Notes under the pieces: generated by a model
What the model was told of the DNA's origin: nothing
What the model saw: only the letters and a program-made list of their open reading frames with translations
The model's database searches: none
In this document: positions 27,731 through 37,489 of the stretch, piece after piece
Layout: every line of letters begins with the position of its first letter
Position numbering within the stretch: the stretch's first letter is position 1
NCBI GenBank assembly: GCA_964187785.1
Contig: OZ076411.1
Coordinates: 37,882,001 to 37,946,000, forward strand
Direction of reading: 5' to 3'
DNA length: 64,000 nt
DNA from: Amphiscolops sp. MND2022
Taxonomy: Eukaryota
Position numbers and translations under genes: made by a program

Positions 27731-27913
27731 CTACAAACACATATGCACTGCTAATGACCATCATGATACTGACAAGACCCCACAGTAACCACACACCGAA
27801 CAACAGTTTAAAAAATTCCAAAACCCCCCTTCCCCGTTTTTTACGATCCCATGTTTTCGCCTATTGCACACACAAACAGGACAACGTATGAAAAACATTT
27901 TTCTTTCTCTCAC
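27731..27913 (-). other. spliceosomal intron 2 (183 nt, phase 0)
   Basis: CAG/GTGAGA donor, GTGTTTGTAG acceptor. Joins LPHLRQ to a 70-codon open exon YIRAGG...EYWNDL...FLRLVLDL. Confidence 0.7.
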
Positions 27914-28401
27914 CTGACGTAAGTGCGGTAATTGGTCCAAGAAACGCTCACGTGACACTGGCATCAACCGCACTCTGAAGTATTCTAGGACACTTAGCGG
28001 ATCCAAACCACCGAACTTAGCCAGGAACTGTCGCTGCACTTCTTGGAATACGGTGCTAGTCGTAACCATTCAAACCACATATCGGGTTTCTGCAATAATA
28101 GACACGGCAATTGCTTTTCCGACCTGAACGTCACCTTCTGCAGCCACGATTTGATCTGCGCTCTGTTCTTCAGACACACCAGAACTGGCACAACGTTACT
28201 CACTAGCTGCTCCTCCCATCCACTAGCGTCAGTAGCAACCGACAGAACGATGGTCTTCACATGATGACTGTCAATGACATGGCACTCACTGCGCCACTGA
28301 TCGTCACACCGATACACGCTAAAACCGGCACAGGAACCAGCGTCAATCAGAGAATCTAATCGCTCCACTACTTACGGATACAATCCAAACAATACCAAGC
28401 T

Positions 28402-28560
28402 CTGCAACACAATATTCCAATCAACACAACATTATCTTAACATCCGCCACACACACAAATACACACAAAAAAACAAAATCACAAGTTATGAAATGTACCC
28501 ACGCCGCCTACGTCATTGCAGAATATACCCAAATAGTGTTTAAATGAAACATACACTTAC
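28402..28560 (-). other. spliceosomal intron 1 (159 nt, phase 0)
   Basis: CAG/GTAAGT donor, T/G-rich body, GTGTTGCAG acceptor. Splicing yields ...NPLFQ/SLVLFGLYP. Confidence 0.8.
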
Positions 28561-29216
28561 CTGAAACAGAGGATTATTCAAGGTCCTGCATTCGAAGCGT
28601 AACTCTGTCGATGTGCAGTCACACCAAGCGTCAACTAAGCGTAGCACCCCACTGAAAGACGTTGCATTTGTGAAAGATACGATGAAGTTACTCAACCACA
28701 AAAAGTTCATAACCCCCTCGGGCAATTGTGGCCGTTGACCCTCCTCTTCTTCGGCCTCTTCGATGGCTATCTTCTCCTCGACTGTTAGACCTAATTCTGA
28801 TTCCATGAACACTGGCGGTTCGGACATACGTTCACGCCTAATGCGGCGATCTTCTGCAGTTACGGCACGGCAAAATTTATCAAGTAGAGGACTTTGGGTC
28901 ATAATTCGATATTTTTGCTCCAATCTGGTGTGCTCTGCACCCCTCCAGTGATCCCACAACGAGGATAAGCCGCAGCCAGCAATGCTGAGGTCTGCCCTTT
29001 ATAGCAAGCAACGCGCATAGCCGTCAATCACGCGTTTCCGTCTGGGAAAGCCCACGAAAGTTCCCACGACACCAGAGACAAAGTACGACGGCTTCAAGGT
29101 TTTGATTTTTCGGGCCCGAGCTGAAACGAAAAACCACTATGACACCACTGTCTCTGGAAAACCTAAGTGAAAACCTCCGAAAAACCATGTTATTAAACTT
29201 AGTCTTAAAACCCATG

Positions 29217-29579
29217 TTACTTAAACCCGTCATGTGAACGTATGAGATTCCTACCAGGTTTCACCGCAGTTGACTGAGGCACACCAGATGTCATCACCGA
29301 CAGAGCATCCCCGAAAGCTGAAGGCACAGTCAAACGCGACACGGACCCTTCTCCACGGATAGCAATGGAGCTCGTAGGAGCTGCCACTACTGGCGTTTGC
29401 AAAGAGATGGTACTACCCACAGGCACTGAATCATGTTGTCTGCCCACACTGGCCAAGTCGCATACAGCGGCCTTGATCCGCACAGTGAAGTCATCTATTG
29501 CCATCACACCAACAGTGCCCAACTGACCAAGCGTTGAGTCCACAGTCACCTTCACAACGTGCGACAGTTTTTTCTCCAA
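29217..29579 (-). pseudogene. ORF upstream of copy 2 (possible N-terminal extension), unknown product
   Basis: 120-codon Val/Ser/Thr-rich frame on the same strand with the same composition. Confidence 0.4.
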
Positions 29580-30473
29580 TTCAGTGAAGAGGCTAGCAGA
29601 CTTTCCATAGACATAGACCCACTGTCAGGAACGCCTAAACTGTTACGAGCCATATGACTAAGAATTAGATGAGCTCACCCAACCCACTTACCCACAGCCG
29701 ACTCTGCACCCCTATCGAATTGATTAACAACCAACAACAACTGATTTAATACCACATATTCTTACCTACTATTTAGAGTCGGGAGACTGCTTCCTGGACC
29801 AGGTTGCAATCCTGCGGTACTGGACGTACCAGGTGATGGCTCATCTGAACGCAACATGCCACGCAGCATGCCGACGATATCCATCAAGTTCAACTCCTCT
29901 AGAACATGACAACGAAGTCATTTGTTAAGACTTAACACCAGTCCATTCAATCACTAAGGGAAGCCGAGGCAATAGATCCCGGGAAGTTCTCAAAAATGCG
30001 ACGGTATGTACCCTACACCTTGTCGTCGTCCCATTATCTCCACTTGCCTTGATGTGTTAAACAACCCACACCGCGAAGGAAGACAAAAAAATAATAATAA
30101 ACAACGAAAACGAGAATAGCCAGTTTTTACGGAATTCACTTGACAGCGCAATCTCCAGACTCTGGCATCTGATTGGTTGTAATGCACTTTGTGGAATCCA
30201 AGACACGAATTTGGCGGCATCGTGTCGGCATTTGTCGGCATATTTTTGGTCCCAGTTTCCGCAATTTGAAACCGGCTAACGTATTAACCCATGCCCTCGG
30301 ATTCCGAAAAACGCCGATTTTCGTGGCGTGGATTCCGCAAAATCAGTGCTAAATTGCCAATTTTACACGCTTTAAGACAAGTCTGCGGAATCGGAGGACA
30401 TACACGCACAGAAAAGTGTCTGTGGCGATTTAGCTTGCAGATGCACTGTAATGGAAGATTTACAGCTGCCTCC

Positions 30474-31256
30474 ACGAGACACCGTTAACCAACGTTTCTT
30501 TGACATGAATAGACAGATAATTAAATTGACGAATTTGGTACTCGCATTGACTGAAAAGATATCCTCTAGCAATAGAGAAGGGAACGAATTAAACACTGTC
30601 TGAAATAGTCATGAGGCACGTTCCGGCAAAAGCAGGAGTTTCACAGTTCGAATCCCGCTCGCGGATAGAAACTTTTTGAAGTTGCAAAGTAAAATAGACT
30701 ATTTACGTTTCCGGATAAAAGCATATTGCTGAAACTATTGATTAAAATCCAATTTTTTGACGTTATATTGGAAGTAGACTGTCTTACCAGGTACATGGTT
30801 GGGTCAAACCAGTGTCAAATCTAACAAGTGTCAAAGTTTTGTAATTTTTCAAAAGGAACTACAATAATCCCGGTTTTCGATATAACGCGTATGGCGAAAA
30901 ACAATTTCACTATAAGCCACGTGTTGATAATGCATCCAGTTTATAACAGGTCTTGTCAGGAAGAAGGTGGTTTCAAGTCTAATTGGCGACGACCTTCTGT
31001 ATTTTTTCAAACTATTCGTTCCCCTTTTGAGATTTTTCCCCACTGTGCGGCTTTTTGAAATTTCATCACGTGAAAACCTGTTGTTTGTTTTATGTGCTTA
31101 ATCGGATAATTTTTGGCGCCGCGATATTTATAAGATTTTCGGAATATACTGAAATTGGTGTCATTTCACTAAACAGAAAGAGTAGCATGCAGAAATCAAG
31201 TAGTATTGTTCACTAACTAGAAACCAGCAACAAACGCTCTGCTCGGTTGAAATTTG
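30474..31256 (+). repeat. duplicated segment (LTR end plus SINE-like flank), copy 2
   Basis: Direct repeat of 18757-19529. B-box GTTCGAATCCC at 30646-30656 follows the LTR-like end. Confidence 0.92.
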
Positions 31257-31732
31257 TTGAAAGTTGAACTCAATCCAGGACTCATTTTCAGAAAAGTTGT
31301 CAATCAATTTCGCGAAAATTTGAACATGCCGTGGAAACAAAATTGGCACAGAAAATCCAAACTTGTGGAAAGTAATTCAGAATATTCAAGAAAACGAAAA
31401 AATAGTCGTATGACAATTTCGCGACGTTTCTAAAGAGAAACCCCTGCTCCTCAAAAGAAACTTTATACTGATAAAACGATGAGCGAGTCACTCTGATTAA
31501 GATTCTCATTTGAGTGGAAGTCTCAGTGTCCGTCAGTATTGGCTCAGTATGGCCGAAATTTGCAGAAAATTAAACTAATTTCCAATTGCAATTTTTTCAA
31601 ACATTATTTTTTGTTATTCTTGATTCGATTTCTCAATTCCGTATTTATTATTTTGTTTGATTTTATGTTTGATTCAATTGGTCTTGAAATTTTTGTTGCG
31701 ATTGCCAGTTAAGCAATTTTCTGGTTATTGAA

Positions 31733-32256
31733 TTTTATAGTCTAGCTGAACTGGAGAAGGAAGCTAGTAAGAAGAGATAAGATGTAGTGTGAGAAACTGT
31801 ACTGTATGGCGTAACTGTCTGAATTGGCAGATTGTTTTCTTTTGCCACTTTGGCTTATTTTGACAGGTTGTTGAAAAAAAATGTAATTAATTATTTTCAC
31901 ACCCTTGTTTGATCTAGTGTACCACAAGTGCTCTACCACATTGAACAATGAATTTATTTTTCTGCTTGCAACGCTTTCAGCTTGGAACACTAAAACCTTA
32001 TAACCTTTTCCATTTTGAACACCTCTACTATAAATACACTTATTGAATTTTTAAGTTTATTGTGATCTTTATGTACATTTGTGCTAATCTGTTTGATTTT
32101 TCCTGAATGCATCTTGTATCAGAATACGAAAGATTTTGCAGTGCTACTGAGCCTCAAGCTTCAATCCTCTTCTCAACTGAAAAGTTTGTACTAGGAAAAA
32201 GCTCTCTTGACATTCGAGAAACTCCAAAGGCTGGTTGGAGGATTTACAGTATAACA
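31733..32256 (-). repeat. 3' LTR core (termini TGTTATA/TATAACA)
   Basis: Inverted terminal motif; homologous to 36534-37028. Confidence 0.75.
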
Positions 32257-35200
32257 TGACAAAAAATTGAAACGTTAAGGTAAAAAAAACAGCAATTGGT
32301 CAATAAACTAACAGTTTCTTCATTGTCAGAATGTTTCAACAGATATCTTGACATTGTAGCAGTAGGGATCAGGTTTCCACACACTCGGCCACCACGAGGA
32401 ATGTTCACAGGGGGAGCTGGTAACTGGGTTCGAGTTGCTTTTACCGTGGAAGCTGCTTCTTCCTTCATTGCAGTTTCAGATTCTTCAGGGTTTGCTATTT
32501 ATTCTCCCACTTTACTGAGCCTTCGATAGGCAATGTTTCCTGGACTGGAGTTTCTGGCTCTTCGCTTTCATCTCCACAAGTTGAGGTATGATCATTTTGT
32601 ACTGGCGGACTTTGAATTTCTTCCTCGTTTCGTTCATTCTTTACTGGTAGTTTTTTTTTCATTTCTTCTTCAATTCGTTGGTGGGGTTTGCTTCCTTCTA
32701 CTTTTTGTTTGGAAACTGTTCCCATTTCTGGCTCCAGAGCTGTTTTTAGCTTGGTTGCAATTTTGTTTGTTTTTACCTCTTTCACCTCGCTCGCCTCTCT
32801 TTTGCTTCTTGGCATTTGTCTTTTTACTTGGGCTTTGCTGTTTGCTGCTGCTTGCCTGGTATCCGCCTGACGCCACATCTCTTTTTGAGTACACAACTTG
32901 ATGCCCTACCTTTGGTAGCACAGTGACTGTGTGGCTTGATTCCATCGCAATCTTTCCTTTTACCTTTTTGAAGGTGCATTCCAACTTTGTCCCTCTGACT
33001 CGCTCCCTGACTAATATAGTTGAGTCAGCTTCTTCGGAAAAGTCTTCAGGTTCTATCTCGATTTGCGGGTCTTGCTCTAAAATACATTTTTCTATCATTC
33101 GTGATTTTTCCGTATTTGGTTTTCTTCCGTTTTGTTTTTCGAACGCTGATTTGCCGTCTGGACATTTTCTATTCTTAGTGCAAATAAGATATTTGAAATA
33201 CCATTTTTATCTTTTGAAATTAGTACTTTTGTGTTTGTTCTCAACCTTTAATTTATTGATCTAATCATTCTTTCTACTTATCCGTCTCCCCGGTGGTCTC
33301 TTACGGGACAAATACCGTGTTCTATAAATTTTTTTTGCAAAACGTTTCGAAATTTTTGCTTTTAAATGCGGTCCCAGGGTCTGTCTAAATTCATTTTGGT
33401 ATACCGATCTTTGATATATATTCTACTAGGAATTCGAAAACCTTATTCGCCGTGGGGTTCGGTAAAAATAGCGCGTCCGGCCATCCCGAGTGGTTGTCAA
33501 CACATACGAGTAAGTACTTTTTCTTTCAATTGGCATTTTGGAAAGGTCCGGCAAAATCTAGTGAAAATTCCTCATTTAACTGATTTGCCGGTGGTAACTT
33601 TCCGAACTCCCTTTGTGATTTTATACATTTAAAGTTCTTACCTGCTACCCGGCATTCTCTACAGTTCCTCGCTTTTTCGATAATTTTTCTGTCGATGCGA
33701 GGCCACCAGACCTCTGAGGCTTCCCTCAGCATCGCATCGCGCCCTGCATGGCCAAAATGTATGGCTCGAAGCATATTCTCCCGCATATCTTTGGTAATGA
33801 CTAATCGATGGTCCATGTATAAGAGACCATTAGAGGCCACGGAAAAGGAATTGAATTTTTCCCTCCAGGGTGGAGGTAATCTGGCGATAACAGCGGTATT
33901 TTTATTGAGAACTAGGTTAATTACTTTCCAAGTTGTCCGATCGTTCTCGGCGTTAGCGTTGACGACGTAAACGGAGCTAATTTTCGACTTGGTCACGTCT
34001 TTGGCTTCTGCCATTTCTATTAGTTGTTTGTCAACTATTTTGACTTTCTCAAGTTCGCTGTTTGTTTGCATAGGCGCGTGGTCTGACAAAAGTCCATTAA
34101 ACAGTTCTTCCGCTTTTGCTACTGATCCTTCATATTCTGACGGATGTCTTGACAGGTATTCAGCCATTCCCAGGGTTCTCCCGGGTGTATGTACAATTCG
34201 AAAGGCAAAAGTCTGCCTTGTTTGCTCGCATCGCAAATAATTCTGAGCGGTTTATTTCTTTTAAAATGTGTCAATTCAGCCGCTTTTCTCTTTTCTTCGT
34301 TTACCATTTTAAACGCTTTTTCGTGTACTTCCGTCCATTTCCATATCGCGTCTTTCTTTAAAATGGATCTAAAGGGAAAACAAATTGCCGCGAGATCGGG
34401 AATCATTTTTTTGAATTGATTTACCGCGCCGAGGAACAATCGTAGTTCTTTCGAATTTGTCGGTCGTAATTTTTCTGTCATTCCTTGCACTTTTGAATTT
34501 ACTGGCGAAGTTCTGTGACTTGTCAATTTGAACCCCAACCACTCAATTTCTTGTTTTGCAATGTTACACTTTCCCGCATTTAAATGTAATTTTGCCGCGT
34601 TCAGCGTTTTCAAAGCTTACCGCACTTTCTCTATGTGTTCTTGCTTTGTTCCCTTGGTTACAATTAAAATATCATCTATAAATACAAACACTTCTCTAAA
34701 GTTTGCTGATAACTATCCAAAACTTTTTGAAATTCTGTCGGCGTAACCGACAGACCGTAAAAACCTGTCACGAATCGCTATGTTCTAGTGGACTCTCCAC
34801 CAATTATCTGAAAATTGCATTGTTTTGCGGTTAAATGATGAAGGGGGCCTGTCCGTATGCATAGGTCATATCTACTGATGAAAACACGCTTCGCTCTCTT
34901 CAGTATCCTATTTTTCCGCGACCAAATTTAATAATTTGTCCAAATTGGGCATTTGATATTTATTCTTATTGATAGCTTGGTTCAATGATTGGGCGTCTAA
35001 CGCAATTTTCACTGAACGGTCCTTTAAACTGTGATGACTGTTGGCTGATTGAACACGTCATCTTTTATTTCGTCGATTTTCTCAATATGACCTTCTTTTA
35101 GTAGCCGGCTGATTTCTTTATCCACTGCTTTTTGCAGTTGGATTGGAATTCGTCTCCCCTTTTGCTGACTTACTTTCTCTTCTGACTTCAGATTAATTTT

Positions 35201-36533
35201 AATTTTGTAGGGGTATACGTTACCCTGTCTTCTGAATAGCTCTGGAAATTCGGTGACTAGTTGCCTAGTCTCTACACTTAGTTCACTAATCCTTTCTGCA
35301 GAATTTACTTCTAACTCACCCTTTTGCGGTTCCAGCTTGTATCGAAGTGTTGTTAGCTATTCTCTGCCGATTATTGACTTCAATCGGCTTCAGGCGATTA
35401 GGATTCTCGCCTTTTTGATGTAGCTTTTGTTCACTTGCAGTTCGCAGAAGACAAATCCCAGCAGTTGCTAAGGTTTTCCATTGAAATCCACGTATCGCTC
35501 TCCTTCTATCATCTGTCGCACTGGCACTTTTTCCTCTTCATGCTTTTTTTTATTTCATCTAAGGCGAAAATTGTTACAGGGGATCCTGTATCTGTCATGG
35601 TTTTGAATCGGTTGCCATTAATGAATCCTTCCATAGAAAAAAGTTTTGCTTCATTACTGCCTCCCTCGACATTCAGCACCATGTAGTCGTCTTCGTCTTC
35701 TTCATCGAATTCCTCCTGATCTACCAACTGCACTCGATTGCCAAAACCTCTGAGTTTCCCATTCTTCTGGTAAGTATCTTTTTTCTTTTGATTGCACACC
35801 CGTTCCAGATGGCCGTTTGGCCCGCAGTAGTTACACATTGCTTCTGGTGCCTTGCACCGTTTCAGATGATCTGGGGTAAAATTCCCCACACCGCATCTCC
35901 AGCACTCTCTCGAATTGCTGCTGCTAACTGCACAAATTGGTTCTTCTTTTACTTTGGGCTCTTGATTAATATAGCCGTATATATTTTGGCGTTTTAGCCC
36001 ATCCTCAAAAGCTATCGCGAATTGTAACGCTTCAGCTGGCGTCCCTTTGAGTTCCGTGCAGAGTTTTTCTTGCACTTGTTTATTTGCCATATTCAGTACG
36101 AAAATGTCATGGACTAGGCTTTCTGTTTGATCGCCGAAATTACATTTGGCCGCGAGCGCATTTAATGTTCCTGAATTGATTTAGGGACTCCGACGGTTTT
36201 TGTTTGCGCGAAAGGAATATATGGCGATCTAGGGTCCGGTTACGTCGCATTTGGAAACATTCAGTGCAGTTTTGCATCAGCTCCCGAATTTCGATCAGTA
36301 GGATGTTTATTTGTGGAAACTTGTCCATCAGCATTTTTCCATTGCGTTTTTGCCATTCGAGATGTAAAGTAAACTAACGACTTTCTTTTTTTGCAGGGAT
36401 TTCTTCCAGATTCCCCATCAAAGCCGCCGGACGTGGATTTTGTTGGTCAGCCTCCCTTAGCACTTCGGATACTGAAAATAATTCAATCCTGGTAGAAGAG
36501 AGTTTGAATGTTCTTCATCAGCGCGCAGCGTCA

Positions 36534-37028
36534 TGTTTTAGTCTAGCTGAACTGGAGAATGAAGCTAGTAAGAAGAGAGAAGATGTAGTGTGAGTAACTG
36601 TATTGTATGGCGTAACTGTCTGAATTGGCAGATTGTTTTCTTTTGTCACTTTGGCTTATTTTGACAGGGTGTTAATAAATATTGTAATTAATTACTTTCA
36701 CACCCTTGTTTTATCTAGTGTACAACAAGTGCTCTACCACATTGAACGATGATTTTATTTTTCTGCATGCAACGCTTTCAACTCGGAACACTAGAACCTT
36801 ATAAATTTTTCCATTTTGAACATCTCTACTGTAAATAAACTTATTGAATTTTTAAGTTTATTGTGATCTTTATGTACATTTGTGCTAAGCTGTTTGACTT
36901 TTCCTGAAGGCATCTTGTATCAGACGAAAGATTTTGCAGTGCTACTGAGTCTGAAGCTTCAATCTTCTTCGAGAATCCTTGACATTCGAGAAACTGCAAA
37001 GGCTGGTTGGAGGATTTACAGTATAACA
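36534..37028 (-). repeat. 5' LTR core
   Basis: TGTTTTAG...TATAACA. Homology with the other copy continues about 245 bp beyond this core. Confidence 0.75.
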
Positions 37029-37489
37029 TGACAATAAATTGAAACAATAAGGTAAAAAAACAGCAATTGGTCAATAAACTAACAGTTTCTTCATTGTCAG
37101 AAATCTTCAACAGATATCATGACATTGTAGCAGTTGGGATCATGTTTTTGACACACTCGGCCATCACGAGGAATGTTCACAGGGGGAGCTGGTAACTGGG
37201 TTCGAGTTGCTTTTACCGTGGAAGCTGCTTCTTCCTTCATTGCAGTTTCAGTTTCTTCAGGGTTTGCTATTTAATACATTTTCACAAAAAAACACTGAAT
37301 TCCTTAATAAAAGAGACATCAATTTAATTTCCTTAAAAAAGGCAGTGTGATTATTAATTAAAAAAAAACAATAACAAACTATTGCATTAATTATAAACTT
37401 AACTAAAGCGGTAATTTCTCCAGCATTTTTTTCTATGTTCCGGTTGTTCCATTTCTTTCGCTACTTTTTTTGAGACAGGGGTAGAGTCC

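Larger units (their letters stand above)
26457..29250 (-). pseudogene. hAT-transposase-like gene, copy 2 (BED finger plus core, three introns), convergent with pol
   Basis: BED-like YARCLL*RADLSIAGCGLSSLWDHWRGAEH at 28930-29020. Exons join in frame at CAG/GTAAGT (28560) to TTGCAG (28402) and CAG/GTGAGA (27913) to TTGTAG (27731). Exon 27730-27520 is open. ORFs 27234-27479 and 26457-27233 are in frame across one stop. Ungapped hand alignment with copy 1. Confidence 0.8.
31733..37272 (-). mobile_element. Ty3/Gypsy LTR retrotransposon, decayed, internal deletions
   Basis: Direct repeats 31733-32501 and 36534-37272. Gag with two zinc knuckles (CWRCG, CNYCG..GH...VC), protease DTGSP, RT IALDAQSLN, RNase H ICDASKQG, integrase HFGHAG..WWP..CREC..LDFAGPF. 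PBS-like TGACGCTGCG next to 36534. Confidence 0.92.

Noticed and set aside
18757-31256. The 770-bp direct repeats as the LTR pair of the central Gypsy
   Set aside because: No TG...CA termini, PBS, PPT or TSD; each repeat is an LTR-end/flank junction.
32533-32901. Hydrophobic plus-strand ORF as a membrane or envelope protein
   Set aside because: It is the antisense shadow of the A-rich pol tail; the same applies to 15095-15529.
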